The notes under the pieces were generated by a model. It was not told the origin of the DNA. It searched no databases and was given only the letters and a program-made list of their open reading frames with translations. 64,000 nucleotides of DNA, taken from assembly GCA_031269355.1 (NCBI GenBank), contig JAISZG010000027.1:566-64565 (forward strand). The letters are read 5' to 3'. The position numbers were made by a program, and so were the translations under genes. Origin of the DNA: Oscillospiraceae bacterium. Its GTDB lineage: Bacteria > Bacillota > Clostridia > Christensenellales > Aristaeellaceae. Shown piece after piece: positions 1-9,538 of the stretch. How positions within the stretch are numbered: the first letter of the stretch is position 1; every line of letters begins with the position of its first letter.

Positions 1-115
1 CGAATGGTGGCAAATCGGATTTTCGAGAGAATGGGGGAATTGAAAAATGCAGCCATATCAAAGGGTTGCGGCTGCTGTATGACAGGCAGGGCGCGCACTT
101 GGCAAGGATGCGGTC

Positions 116-143
116 AGCGGTTCAAACCCGCTTGATGGCTCCA
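116..143 (+). other. tRNA-like 3' fragment (T-arm, acceptor 3' strand, discriminator U, CCA); not a complete tRNA
   Basis: AGCGG/TTCAAAC/CCGCT hairpin followed by TGATGGC-T-CCA. The only candidate 5' acceptor strand (GCCATAT, 52-58) pairs 5 of 7. I could not fold D or anticodon arms. Confidence 0.3.
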
Positions 144-315
144 AACATTTCATCCGCGCCGTATACGTCCTTTTTTGTTTTTCCTTTATCATAAGCTGCA
201 TCATCGCACAATATATGGGCGGGCACGCGATATTCGCTGTTTTTCTATAAATATCCCATTCGTTCGACACGCCTTGTTTCGATTACGCGCGTTCGCGGTG
301 TTTAGCACTACCTTT

Positions 316-391
316 AACGCGCGACATTCACTTTACTATTTAAATATGTTAAATGATATCTTCACTTTAAATGCGTCACAACGCGCGACAT
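316..391 (+). repeat. Direct repeats upstream of the collagen-like gene (AACGCGCGACAT x2, TTCACTTTA x2)
   Basis: AACGCGCGACAT at 316-327 and 380-391; TTCACTTTA at 327-335 and 361-369. Function unknown; possibly regulator sites. Confidence 0.5.
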
Positions 392-490
392 CGCAAAAAC
401 TGTTCAGAAACAAGAATGATTTTGAGAATAATGTGAATTAGAATCCGCGATGAGCATGGCTCGGATTCGAAAAAATATTGTGTAGGAGTA

Positions 491-2341
491 ATGAACATGA
501 CTACTACAAGTAATCCGTATCCAACCAACCTGTACTCGGGCAATCAATGCCAGAATACCCAGTACCCCAATAATCAGATTAGATGCCGCTATTGCGGCGA
601 CGGAACAAATCCCGATGTTGCAAACGCCGACGCAGGATGCACCGTATACTATAACAACTGTCCCGGCCCAAAGGGCGATATAGGCGATCCCGGCCCGATG
701 GGTCTGCCAGGGCCGCAGGGGCCTATGGGTCCGAAAGGTCAGAAAGGCGATCCAGGCGACCGCGGTTTGCAGGGCGCGCCCGGATGCCCTGGCCCCGCAG
801 GTTCGCCCGGCCCCGCCGGTCCGATGGGGCCGATGGGGAAGCAAGGCGTACGCGGAGACATAGGCCCGCAAGGAGATCCAGGATGCCAGGGGCCGCAAGG
901 CATAAAGGGAAACATCGGGCCTATGGGACCCGCCGGACCGCGCGGAGCGGTAGGCCCAAAGGGCGACCCCGGCCCGATCGGCCCGCAGGGTGATCCGGGG
1001 CCTGAAGGTCAGCAAGGCCCTGCCGGCCCCCCGGGCGCGCCGGGCGCTATGGGACCGGAAGGCGCCGCAGGGCCTCTAGGGCCGCAAGGAACCAGGGGCC
1101 CGCAGGGATGCGCAGGGCCGCAAGGGGCGCAGGGGCCTCAAGGCCTAATGGGACCAACCGGCGCGGAAGGCCCCGTAGGGCCAATGGGCCCCGCTGGACC
1201 CACCGGCGCAATCGGCACCGTCATAAAAGGCTCGTATACTAGTGTAGCCGACCTGCAAAGCGCGATTCCCACTGGAAACGCAGGAGACGGGTATCTTGTA
1301 AACGGCGACCTCTATACCTGGAACTCCGTTAATAATAGCTGGGATAATGTCGGCGCGCTTATCGGCCCTAGCGGTCCGACAGGCCCTAGCGGACCAACAG
1401 GCCCCCTCGGACCGACCGGCACAGTAATTAAAGGCTCGTACTCATCGCTGACCGACCTTCAAAGCGCAATTCCCGTTGGAAAAGATGGAGACGGCTACCT
1501 TATAAACGGCGACTTGTATTCTTGGGATACATCAACCGGCACTTGGAAGAATGTCGGCACGCTTCTTGGACCTATGGGACCGACAGGATCGCGAGGACCA
1601 GAGGGGCCAACCGGAGCAACCGGGCCTACAGGCGTAACCGGCCCGACCGGTTTAGGCACAATAATCAGAGACAGCTACAGAACGCTGGCCGAACTTCTGC
1701 AAGCGCACCCTTCAGGCTCGCTGGACGACGGTTACCTGGTGGACGGAGATTTATATGTGTGGGATACCACGCTAAATCCGCCGGCCTGGGCAAGCCGAGG
1801 CAGCTTGAGAGGCCAGTCGCGCACTTTAACAATCATCCCGTTCGCGTCGGGAAATGTAGTGCCTGTAAGCACCAGCGCAATTGGCACAAGCGCGAATTGC
1901 TTCGCCTTAGGCTACGGAGTCACATCCCCTCCTATGGTAACGTCAGCCCGCCCCGGCAACGTTGTTATGCCGGAAGATGCGCAGATGGTTTTCTCTATGC
2001 CATATAACGGCGTTATCGAAAGCTTCTACGCTTCCCTTGTAAACACAGCCGCCGTGACTACTCCGACAGGCATAAACGCCACGCTGGTTGTGCAGATATA
2101 TACGGCGGCCGGAGACAGCGCCTCCTTTGACGCGCTTCCAAACGCGAGGCTAGAATACGCGTTCAGCGGCACAAGGCCGGCCAATACCGTCACACCGCTG
2201 GCTTCCCCGGCTATGAATGTACCCATAAATGCCGGAAGGCGCGTTTTCATCGGCGTAACGCTGGAATCGACCGGCACCGGTACTCTTGATTTCTCCCTAG
2301 ACGTGGCTTTCTCGGGCGGTGTTTGCATAAGCAACCCGTAA
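491..2341 (+). CDS. Collagen-like triple-helix repeat protein with three interspersed globular modules and a non-collagen C-terminal domain (BclA/exosporium-filament-like)
   Basis: 616-aa ORF with about 61 uninterrupted Gly-X-Y triplets (nt 665-1213, my count). Three ~50-aa repeats (TVIKGSY..DLQSAIP..GDGYL.NGDLY.W....W.NVG) are separated by GPxGPT linkers. The last ~190 aa are globular. AGGAG at 484-488 favours the second ATG at 497. Confidence 0.85.
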   Translation: MNMTTTSNPYPTNLYSGNQCQNTQYPNNQIRCRYCGDGTNPDVANADAGCTVYYNNCPGPKGDIGDPGPMGLPGPQGPMGPKGQKGDPGDRGLQGAPGCPGPAGSPGPAGPMGPMGKQGVRGDIGPQGDPGCQGPQGIKGNIGPMGPAGPRGAVGPKGDPGPIGPQGDPGPEGQQGPAGPPGAPGAMGPEGAAGPLGPQGTRGPQGCAGPQGAQGPQGLMGPTGAEGPVGPMGPAGPTGAIGTVIKGSYTSVADLQSAIPTGNAGDGYLVNGDLYTWNSVNNSWDNVGALIGPSGPTGPSGPTGPLGPTGTVIKGSYSSLTDLQSAIPVGKDGDGYLINGDLYSWDTSTGTWKNVGTLLGPMGPTGSRGPEGPTGATGPTGVTGPTGLGTIIRDSYRTLAELLQAHPSGSLDDGYLVDGDLYVWDTTLNPPAWASRGSLRGQSRTLTIIPFASGNVVPVSTSAIGTSANCFALGYGVTSPPMVTSARPGNVVMPEDAQMVFSMPYNGVIESFYASLVNTAAVTTPTGINATLVVQIYTAAGDSASFDALPNARLEYAFSGTRPANTVTPLASPAMNVPINAGRRVFIGVTLESTGTGTLDFSLDVAFSGGVCISNP

Positions 2342-2483
2342 TCGCCATCGATCGTTTCCCTCCTGATTCTGCCATGCGTACAATGCTTGCCAGCGCGCGG
2401 AACGAAGTCCCGCTTCGTTCGGGGGCGCCGGGGGCGGTGCCCCAGTCTAAGTTGTTATAACCTCTCAATATTATAAATAGAGT

Positions 2484-2527
2484 GCGGGCGGTGGATCTAC
2501 GGAGATATCTCCGCTTCCGCCGCCCGC
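2484..2527. terminator. Long GC-rich hairpin between the convergent collagen-like and L,D-transpeptidase genes
   Basis: GCGGGCGGTGGA (2484-2495) pairs with TCCGCCGCCCGC (2516-2527) around the inner palindrome GGAGATATCTCC. A T-rich tail is present only in the minus-strand sense. Confidence 0.55.
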
Positions 2528-2593
2528 ATTCCATAAAATCTCCAATTCGTGTAACTGGAAGCCGCTACCATATAGCCGCCCAATCGCGCCGCG

Positions 2594-3349
2594 TTATTCG
2601 CCGTTAACAATTTCCAATATCGTTCCACTTATACAATTATCGTATATCCATTTTATATTAGTATAGCTCATTCGCAGGCAGCCGCCCGTAACGTTTTTGC
2701 CTATGCCCGATACGGAACTGGATATCACCGTATCTATATCTTTGCTCTTGTAAAGCGGCCCGTGAAGATACTTGCCGCTTGCGTATCTCACGGCGAACGG
2801 AGCGTACGAAGAACCAAAGCTGTGCCATGTTTCGCGAGTGGTAAGCGTGAATTTTCCGGAAGGCGTGGGCGTGGATCGTTTTCCGATGGCCGTCGTAATC
2901 GATCGAACTACGGTATCGGTGCGCCTGCCGTTTTCGTCCGCGCGGTATACGGTCAGCGTATGAGTGGATTTATTTAAAAATAAATAATAATCACTCTTCG
3001 CAGCGGGCGCCGACGAGGACGCTGAAGAAGCGCCGCCGCTTTCTCTAATAAATTTGAGGTGCTTTACATATCCTGTAATTCCCTTATACGTGGTCTTTGC
3101 GTAGTCCGTGCCCTCCACCAGCTCGACCGTAAGGCGCGTATCGGCGGGAATATTTTTAATAACGGTCGCGTTGTCGTTTGGAGCGTCGCGCATGAAGCGT
3201 ACCGACGGATAGCTTCCCGTAACTGATGCGCTTGCGGAAAGCGGTGCTATTACTACGCACATCATAATGAACGCCGCAGCCAATGATAGCGCGCGTATGC
3301 ACGCCGTTCTCCGCTCTTCCTGTTTGGAGTGCCGCCTGCTTGTACTCAT
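2594..3349 (-). CDS. L,D-transpeptidase (YkuD domain) with N-terminal signal/anchor and SH3-like region
   Basis: C-terminal HG...GGCLRM catalytic motif; hydrophobic N-terminus. ATG at 3349 lies 11 nt after GGAGG; the ORF track starts at a TTG at 3358. Confidence 0.85.
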   Translation of the reverse strand: MSTSRRHSKQEERRTACIRALSLAAAFIMMCVVIAPLSASASVTGSYPSVRFMRDAPNDNATVIKNIPADTRLTVELVEGTDYAKTTYKGITGYVKHLKFIRESGGASSASSSAPAAKSDYYLFLNKSTHTLTVYRADENGRRTDTVVRSITTAIGKRSTPTPSGKFTLTTRETWHSFGSSYAPFAVRYASGKYLHGPLYKSKDIDTVISSSVSGIGKNVTGGCLRMSYTNIKWIYDNCISGTILEIVNGE

Positions 3350-3526
3350 GATAAGCAAAACCTCCGGTATAAGTTTGTTTACGAGCTCCTCGCCGTCAAA
3401 CCATATCGGAGTTAATATATGTTAGATGCATTTTGAATATGTATAAGATGCGCGCGATAAATTTTAACGATCTACCTCCAAACTTTCTCGCCCGCAAACT
3501 TCGTCCGCCAGCGCCCCTGCTTTTTA

Positions 3527-4741
3527 TCAAACTCCCAGCATCCGCATATTCGCGCTCACCGCGTTTAGAAATTCATCCGTAGTCAACGCGGCGGGGCGTT
3601 CCGCAGCGTCGAACAGCGCAGCCAAATCGCGGGTCATGGCGCCTGATTCGATCGTATCAATACATGCTTTATCCAGCGCGTCCGCAAACGCGCGCAGGTC
3701 GTTCGTCCCGTCGAGTTCGCCTCGCTTTCGCAGCGCGCCGCTCCAGGCGAATATGGTCGCGATCGGATTTGTCGAGGTCGTCTCGCCCATAAGGTGCCGC
3801 CGATAATGTCTCGTAACCGTGCCGTGAGCCGCTTCATATTCAAAGCATCCGCGTGGGCTTACGAGCACGCTCGTCATCATCGCGAGCGAACCAAACGCGG
3901 CGGACACCATATCGCTCATCACATCGCCATCATAATTTTTACACGCCCATATAAATCCGCCTTCCGAACGGATTACCCGCGCCACGGCGTCGTCAATCAA
4001 CATATAATAATATTCAATGCCCGCAGACTCGAACCTCGGGCGGTATTCTTTTTCATACAACTCGGCGAAAACATCCTTGAAGCGGTGGTCGTATTTCTTG
4101 GAAATCGTATCCTTCGCCGCAAACCAAAGATCCTGACCGACCGACAGCGCGTATTCCATGCAGGAGCGCGCGAACGAATCGATCGATTGATCCGTATTGT
4201 GCATCGCCTGAAGTATGCCCGATCCGTCGAACTTGTGAATTGGCGCTCTATTTTCGCTCCCGTCCTGCCGGTGGAATACCAGGAACGCCTCGCCCGCGCC
4301 TTCCGCGCGCAGCTCGACCGCCTTATATTGGTCGCCGTACGCGTGCCTGGCGATTGTAATCGGCTTCTTCCACGTGCGCACGGAAGGTTTTATATTTCGC
4401 GCGACGATCGGCGCGCGAAATACCGTGCCATCGAGCAGAGCGCGCAGCGTGGCGTTTGGGCTTGCCCACATATTTTTCAGGCCATATTCCTCGACGCGCT
4501 GCGCGTTTGGCGTGATAGTCGCGCATTTTACGCCTACCCCGAGGCGCAGGATCGCCTCGGCCGCTTCCGTGGTTACCGCGTCGCCCGTTTCGTCGCGATG
4601 CGAAAGCCCAAGATCGTAGTATTCAGTATTGAGCTGTATGTATGGCGACAGCAGCGTATCCTTTATTTTTCGCCATAGTATGCGCGTCATCTCATCCCCG
4701 TCGAGTTCAGCGATTGGGTTATGCATTATGATCCTGGCCAT
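3527..4741 (-). CDS. icd: NADP-dependent isocitrate dehydrogenase (about 400-aa eukaryote-like type)
   Basis: 404 aa; N-terminus MARIIMHNPIAELDGDEMTRILW and overall pattern typical of the IDH1-like family; GGAGA RBS 7 nt upstream. Confidence 0.9.
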   Translation of the reverse strand: MARIIMHNPIAELDGDEMTRILWRKIKDTLLSPYIQLNTEYYDLGLSHRDETGDAVTTEAAEAILRLGVGVKCATITPNAQRVEEYGLKNMWASPNATLRALLDGTVFRAPIVARNIKPSVRTWKKPITIARHAYGDQYKAVELRAEGAGEAFLVFHRQDGSENRAPIHKFDGSGILQAMHNTDQSIDSFARSCMEYALSVGQDLWFAAKDTISKKYDHRFKDVFAELYEKEYRPRFESAGIEYYYMLIDDAVARVIRSEGGFIWACKNYDGDVMSDMVSAAFGSLAMMTSVLVSPRGCFEYEAAHGTVTRHYRRHLMGETTSTNPIATIFAWSGALRKRGELDGTNDLRAFADALDKACIDTIESGAMTRDLAALFDAAERPAALTTDEFLNAVSANMRMLGV

Positions 4742-4800
4742 GCTTTTATCTCCGTATGTTTTTTATTTAATTATAATATTTAATTGTATATTATGTTCGG

Positions 4801-5568
4801 CTAATCGCAATTGCCGTCAGGTTTTGCGGCGTCGTAGAGCCGCGCGATTTCCCCGCCGTCAAGCTCGCGCCATTCGCCGCGCGCAAGATTTCCCAACTGA
4901 ACCGGCCCGAACTGAACGCGCCTAAGCTTCAGCACGCGATGCCCCACCGCCTCCGCCATGCGCCGTATTTGGCGGTTGCGCCCTTCATGAATCGTAAACA
5001 ATAAAACCGATTCCGTATCCGTTTGGCGAATAAGGCGAACATCTGCCGGAGCCGTTACTGCGTCGCCTATATCGACACCGACGCTGAGCGCGCGGAGCTT
5101 GGCCGGATCAACAAGTCCCTCCACTCGCGCGAGATATACTTTTTTCACCGTATGCCGCGGATGGAGCAGCCGCTCCGTCAGCGCGCCGTCGTTTGTCAGC
5201 AGCAGCGCGCCCTCGCTGTCATAATCGAGCCGCCCAACCGGATATACCCGCAGCCCTAGCGATTTGAACCTGTCCAGCACCGTAACGCGTCCCTGCGGAT
5301 CGTCGGCCGTGCATACCTCGCCCAGCGGCTTATGATATAGAATAACGATTCGCCTTGCCTCCGGCTCGATAAGCCGATCGTCCAGCGCGACCGCGTCGCC
5401 AGGCCGCACTCGCGAGCCGAGCGTATCGACGACTTGGCCGTTCACCCGCACTCGCCCTGCTAGTATCAGCTCCTCCGCATGGCGCCTGGAAGATATGCCG
5501 CATTGCGCGATATATTTCTGCAGGCGCGGGTAGGATGGCTCGGGTTGCATCGCGTCAGCTCCAATCAT
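4801..5568 (-). CDS. Pseudouridine synthase, RsuA/RluB family, with S4 RNA-binding domain
   Basis: S4-like QKYIAQCGISSRRHAEELILAGRVRVNG and catalytic GRLDYDSEGALLLTNDG. The alternative start at 5550 has a better SD. Confidence 0.85.
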   Translation of the reverse strand: MIGADAMQPEPSYPRLQKYIAQCGISSRRHAEELILAGRVRVNGQVVDTLGSRVRPGDAVALDDRLIEPEARRIVILYHKPLGEVCTADDPQGRVTVLDRFKSLGLRVYPVGRLDYDSEGALLLTNDGALTERLLHPRHTVKKVYLARVEGLVDPAKLRALSVGVDIGDAVTAPADVRLIRQTDTESVLLFTIHEGRNRQIRRMAEAVGHRVLKLRRVQFGPVQLGNLARGEWRELDGGEIARLYDAAKPDGNCD

Positions 5569-5580
5569 ATAATAGCTATA

Positions 5581-6174
5581 TTATTTAAATAATTTATAAA
5601 ACAGCATCGCGGCTTCGCGCAGCGAATCGGGAGTGCCTATTCGCTCGGGAAGCGCGGCATAGCGGAACATATCAACCCCGCCGAATCTATATCCGCATTT
5701 GAGAAAAAACTGGCACGCGCCGGGATTATTATCCTGCGTTTCCGCCGTTATGCCCGAATAGCCCTGCTGCCACGCCCAGCGCTCCAGCGCTTCTATCAGC
5801 GCGCGGCCGACGCCCTTCTTGCGTTCGCTCAGCGAAACCCTTATATCGCACACTTTAGCGAACCGGAATTCATGCTTGGCGGCGACCGCTTGTCCGATCA
5901 GTTTGGTTTCATCCCACGCGTAATACGCCGCGCCATCCGTGCCCGCGATAAGCGTTTTCGCGTCCGGGCGGCGGTACGCGTCCGGCAATGGGCTTAGCCA
6001 GTCCGACTGCCTGCCCGCTCGAAAATCAAGCTCCAATCCGTTTCGGCCAATGCGCACGACTACCGTATCCCCCGCCAAATGCTTATTATCAAGCGCGTCC
6101 AGGAGAGCGGATTCATTGCGCGACATTCGTTTGATTTCGAACACGGATACTCCGACGCGCGTAAGTCCTGCCAA
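5581..6174 (-). CDS. GNAT-family N-acetyltransferase
   Basis: Acetyl-CoA-binding-like segment RKKGVGRALIEALERWA with a typical GNAT C-terminal half. Start codon uncertain (TTG 6174 or ATG 6126). Confidence 0.7.
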   Translation of the reverse strand: MAGLTRVGVSVFEIKRMSRNESALLDALDNKHLAGDTVVVRIGRNGLELDFRAGRQSDWLSPLPDAYRRPDAKTLIAGTDGAAYYAWDETKLIGQAVAAKHEFRFAKVCDIRVSLSERKKGVGRALIEALERWAWQQGYSGITAETQDNNPGACQFFLKCGYRFGGVDMFRYAALPERIGTPDSLREAAMLFYKLFK

Positions 6175-6200
6175 ACCGCCGTACGCGCGCCGGGCGGTTT

Positions 6201-7376
6201 CTATATCAGCAGCCAGTTCCGTATTATCTGCCTAAGCGCTCCGACGAACGAGCGCCGCTCTATCGTGCTGTCGGCCACTATTGGACGCTCCGCGACAAGC
6301 GCGTCGTTCGCATATAGTTTCGCAAACCCGATTACCTCGCCCGGCCACGTAGGGGCGTTCACCACATCCGGCAGATCAAGTTCGACGCGAACGCTTTCGT
6401 TTTTCGAGAACGGCGCTGCGAGATCGCCGTCGAGCCGCAGCCGCACGCTCTGCTCCAATCCGTCGACTACAGGCAGCGAACGGATTATATCTCCGTCCGA
6501 CAGCATGCCGACCATCGAATATCCGTCAAACGCGAGGTTCATCAGCCGCTCGGCCTCGTCGAACCAATCGGAACAGTTGAGCACTACTCCTATTATTTCC
6601 ATCCCGTCGCGCTCCGCGCCAAACACCAGGCATCGCCCCGCCGCGCGGGTAAACCCGGTTTTGACGCCCGTCGCGCCGGAATAATCCGAGAGCAGCCGAT
6701 TTTTATTAACCAGCACGCGGTCGTATTCGTGGTTCGCCCAAGGGATAGCAGCCCGCTGGGTGGATACGATTTCACGAAACTTTGGTATACGCATCGCGGC
6801 CTGAGTGATCAGCGCAAGATCGTACGCGGTGGTATAATGCCCGTCGGTGGGCAGTCCGTTGGGGCTTGCGAAATTAGAATCATACGCGCCAAGCTGAAGC
6901 GCGCGGGTATTCATCATTTCATAAAAAGTAGGGAGGTCGCCGCCCACGTGCTCGGCGATCGCCACAGCCGCGTCGTTCCCGGAGGCCAGCATCAAGCCAA
7001 GCAGCATGTCGGCCATCGTAAGCTGTTCGCCCAGCTGCAGGTAGATAGAGGTGCCGCCTACTCCGAACGCGTTTCTCGAACAGGTGACGATTTCATCCAA
7101 TCCGCCGCGTTCAAGCGCGATCAGCGCGGTCATAACCTTGGTGGTGGAAGCCATAGGAAGCTGTTCGCGCGCGTTCCAGCTAAATAAAGTGCGCCCGGTC
7201 GAAGCCTCCATCACATAGGCGGACTTCGCGCTGGAATACGGCTCGCTTTCCGCGCGCGCATCTTTATTATACAGGAGAGCGCCGCTAAAGAAAAGGGCGC
7301 ACGCCACTAAAGAAACGGCGGATTTCATAACTGCAGATTTCATAACGGCGGATTTCATATTGGAATTGCTGCGCAT
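6201..7376 (-). CDS. D-alanyl-D-alanine carboxypeptidase (PBP5/DacB/DacF-like serine peptidase S11)
   Basis: SxxK (ASTTKVMT), SGND and KTG(FT) motifs plus a signal peptide. ATG at 7376 lies 7 nt after GGAGG. Confidence 0.9.
   Translation of the reverse strand: MRSNSNMKSAVMKSAVMKSAVSLVACALFFSGALLYNKDARAESEPYSSAKSAYVMEASTGRTLFSWNAREQLPMASTTKVMTALIALERGGLDEIVTCSRNAFGVGGTSIYLQLGEQLTMADMLLGLMLASGNDAAVAIAEHVGGDLPTFYEMMNTRALQLGAYDSNFASPNGLPTDGHYTTAYDLALITQAAMRIPKFREIVSTQRAAIPWANHEYDRVLVNKNRLLSDYSGATGVKTGFTRAAGRCLVFGAERDGMEIIGVVLNCSDWFDEAERLMNLAFDGYSMVGMLSDGDIIRSLPVVDGLEQSVRLRLDGDLAAPFSKNESVRVELDLPDVVNAPTWPGEVIGFAKLYANDALVAERPIVADSTIERRSFVGALRQIIRNWLLI
7315..7359 (-). repeat. 15-bp tandem triplication inside the signal-peptide coding region (MKSAV x3)
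   Basis: The plus strand reads acggcggatttcata / actgcagatttcata / acggcggatttcata. Each unit carries an in-frame ATG. Confidence 0.9.
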
Positions 7377-7531
7377 GCACACCTCCGGGAATCAATCGGC
7401 TTTTGAACAAGCATATTGAATTACAATCATAGCGCCCGGTAAAGAGTATATGCAGTCGAGACGGTTTATAAGATGGCTGATTTATTTGGCGAACAGCCGA
7501 CGGCAAATATCGACGCGCTCATCATATTCAT

Positions 7532-7563
7532 TATATTAAAACGACCCATCTAGCAGATGGATC
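7532..7563 (-). terminator. Rho-independent terminator candidate after the AraC-family gene
   Basis: Minus-sense GATCCATCT-GCT-AGATGGGTC followed by GTTTTAATATAA. Confidence 0.55.
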
Positions 7564-7588
7564 GATATAACATATAAACATGATCCAA

Positions 7589-8419
7589 TCAGTCTATATG
7601 GTTCAGTTGATACGTTTTTGGCGTAACGCCCGCCACGTCTTTAAACTGATGAGTAAACGCATACACGTCGGCGTAGTTAAGCCGTTCCGCGACCCGCTGT
7701 ATCGGTTCGCCGCTGGCGAGTTCCTGCTTGGCGCGCTCAATTCTGCGGACTATGCGCCACTGCCCGGGAGCCATTCCGTACATTTCAAGGAAATGTTTTC
7801 GGAATTGGCCGTAAGGTATGCCTACCCGCTGGGCGATCTCCGGCAGCGGCGTATTCATATTAATCGTCGCAAGCAATTGCGCGGCGGCTTTGATCGCTTC
7901 GTCAAATCGATTCTCGCGTGAATAGAACAGCGAGAACATCAGCGAGCGCAAATTCTTGAGAACAGCCGCCGGATCTGAATCGCCAAGCTTCTCGGTAGCC
8001 TCCACAAACGATAGGAACTGGAGGAACAGATCACCGTCGTAGGGCTGCTCAATAACGCTGTTCAACCGATTAATTTCCGGAAGCATATAAGAAAACAACT
8101 TCGCCAGTTCATCATCCAGATGAACGAATAAGCGCCGGTGAAGCGCGTGCGCATCCAACGCGAACACGCCGTTATGATTCGGCCTGCGAACCACCAGCAT
8201 GCCGCCGCTAAGCGCGCAGGTTTTATCCGATTCTTTATATACACCCGAGCCGGTGAGCAGCCAGCTTACGGAGAACATATCATTGCTCGCGTCCATGCGG
8301 GAGGTATTCGGCTGGTTCAGCGCTAAACCGCAGCGCAGTGAATTCGAAAAAGCGGATGCGTGCTTCGGCGCAATTCTATCATATGTATCCGTCCATAATT
8401 GGGCGGCGGAAGCGATCAT
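7589..8419 (-). CDS. AraC-family transcriptional regulator
   Basis: C-terminal double HTH pattern (IAQRVGIPYGQFRKHFLEMYGMAPGQW ... LNYADVYAFTHQFKDVAGVTPKTY); GAGGGG RBS. Confidence 0.85.
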   Translation of the reverse strand: MIASAAQLWTDTYDRIAPKHASAFSNSLRCGLALNQPNTSRMDASNDMFSVSWLLTGSGVYKESDKTCALSGGMLVVRRPNHNGVFALDAHALHRRLFVHLDDELAKLFSYMLPEINRLNSVIEQPYDGDLFLQFLSFVEATEKLGDSDPAAVLKNLRSLMFSLFYSRENRFDEAIKAAAQLLATINMNTPLPEIAQRVGIPYGQFRKHFLEMYGMAPGQWRIVRRIERAKQELASGEPIQRVAERLNYADVYAFTHQFKDVAGVTPKTYQLNHID

Positions 8420-8576
8420 CTATCAAAACCCCTCGCTTTCATTGACTAAAGGATAAACGAATATCGAACGAAACGCAACCGAAAAACCGTATTTTATTGG
8501 AAAGATTTGCAGACATTTTTAATGATTTGTCTAGGGCGCGCTCGTTTATGGGCGCGCGCGCAATCGGATGTGGGGC

Positions 8577-8607
8577 TTGACAGAACGATACATTATGTTA
8601 TAATGTA
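8577..8607 (+). promoter_or_regulatory. Sigma-A-type promoter with an overlapping palindrome (candidate GntR autoregulatory operator)
   Basis: TTGACA (8577-8582), 16-nt spacer, TGT-TATAAT (8599-8604). Inverted repeat TACATTAT-N3-ATAATGTA spans 8589-8607. Confidence 0.65.
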
Positions 8608-8657
8608 AATACAATATGAGCGCCGTTTAAGTATGTGTGGCAGGATGGTGTTTATCT

Positions 8658-9410
8658 ATGCCGTTAACGGTTTGGAAAGAAAAACTCAATCGCAGTATTC
8701 CCATCCCTTTGTATTATCAGCTCAAGCAGTGCATCCGGGAAGACATTGAGACCGGGTATTATCACATCGGAGATGTGCTGCCTACGGAAACGGAATTATG
8801 CAGCGAACTGGTTTTGAGCCGCCCCACGATCCGTCAATCGCTAATGGAACTTACAAAAGAAGGATACCTGGAAAGGGTTAAAGGCAAGGGTACCTATGTA
8901 TCAAGGCCAAAGCTTGAGGCGAATTTCATCCAGAAGCTGGAGAGCTTTCACGCGCAGATGCTCGCCCTGGGCGTTCAACCCATGACAAAAGTGATTCGGC
9001 TTGAAATAGTTCCGGCTATCCCGGCCGTTAACGCGGCGCTTAATATCCCAGATTCAGAGGAACTTGTGCTGCTCATAAGGCTTTGTTTCGGAGATAATTC
9101 TCCCATAGCGCTTATGGAATCATATTTGCCGGCGAAGCGGTTTGCAGGCATCGTCCATGAGGATTTGACTAACTATTCGCTTTATATAATATTCGCGAAG
9201 AGCTTTCATACAACCGTCACCCGCGTAACCCGCCAAATCGAAGCGATCAACGCTTCGCAGCGCGAGGCGGAATACCTCGGCATACAAAAAGGAAAGGCCA
9301 TCTGCCTTGTCCACAATACCGCATATGATCAGGACAATATAATCGCAGAATACAACATAGCCTATTATAGAGGCGAACGCAGCAAGTTTACAATGGAATT
9401 GAAGCAGTAA
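8658..9410 (+). CDS. GntR-family (HutC/UTRA-type) transcriptional regulator
   Basis: N-terminal wHTH (IPLYYQLKQCIREDIETGYY..GDVLPTETELCSELVLSRPTIRQSL) plus a UTRA-like C-terminal half. A GTG start at 8637 is also possible. Confidence 0.85.
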   Translation: MPLTVWKEKLNRSIPIPLYYQLKQCIREDIETGYYHIGDVLPTETELCSELVLSRPTIRQSLMELTKEGYLERVKGKGTYVSRPKLEANFIQKLESFHAQMLALGVQPMTKVIRLEIVPAIPAVNAALNIPDSEELVLLIRLCFGDNSPIALMESYLPAKRFAGIVHEDLTNYSLYIIFAKSFHTTVTRVTRQIEAINASQREAEYLGIQKGKAICLVHNTAYDQDNIIAEYNIAYYRGERSKFTMELKQ

Positions 9411-9431
9411 GAATTAATATAATAATATAAT

Positions 9432-9469
9432 AAAAGGGCTGCCGCGCGTTTGTGGCAGCCCTTTTTCTT
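9432..9469. terminator. Rho-independent terminator, possibly bidirectional
   Basis: GGGCTGCC (9435-9442) pairs with GGCAGCCC (9453-9460). Flanked by an A-run upstream and TTTTTCTTT downstream. Confidence 0.8.
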
Positions 9470-9504
9470 TAGACGGGGGTTCTTCCCCCGACCACCGAGC
9501 GAGA

Positions 9505-9536
9505 GCGGGGCTTGTTGCCGCGCCCCGTACCCGCCG
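9505..9536 (-). repeat. Copy D of the recurrent GC-rich element (box + hairpin), directly after the stop of the solute-binding gene
   Basis: Minus-sense GGCGGGTACGGGGCGCGGCAACAAGCCCCGC, with a CGGGGC/GCCCCG hairpin. Confidence 0.55.
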
Positions 9537-9538
9537 CC

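Noticed and set aside
52-143. Complete class-II tRNA or tmRNA 3' end
   Set aside because: Only the T-arm, acceptor and CCA are present. The acceptor does not fit a GGGG...CUCCACCA tmRNA end, and no anticodon or D arm can be folded. It is kept only as a fragment.
404-1015. 203-aa minus-strand ORF opposite the collagen-like gene (also 784-993 and 1522-2007 on the plus strand)
   Set aside because: It is the reverse or shifted reading of GGN-CCN repeats and gives Arg/Ala/Gly/Pro low-complexity junk. The collagen frame has the RBS and a coherent domain structure.
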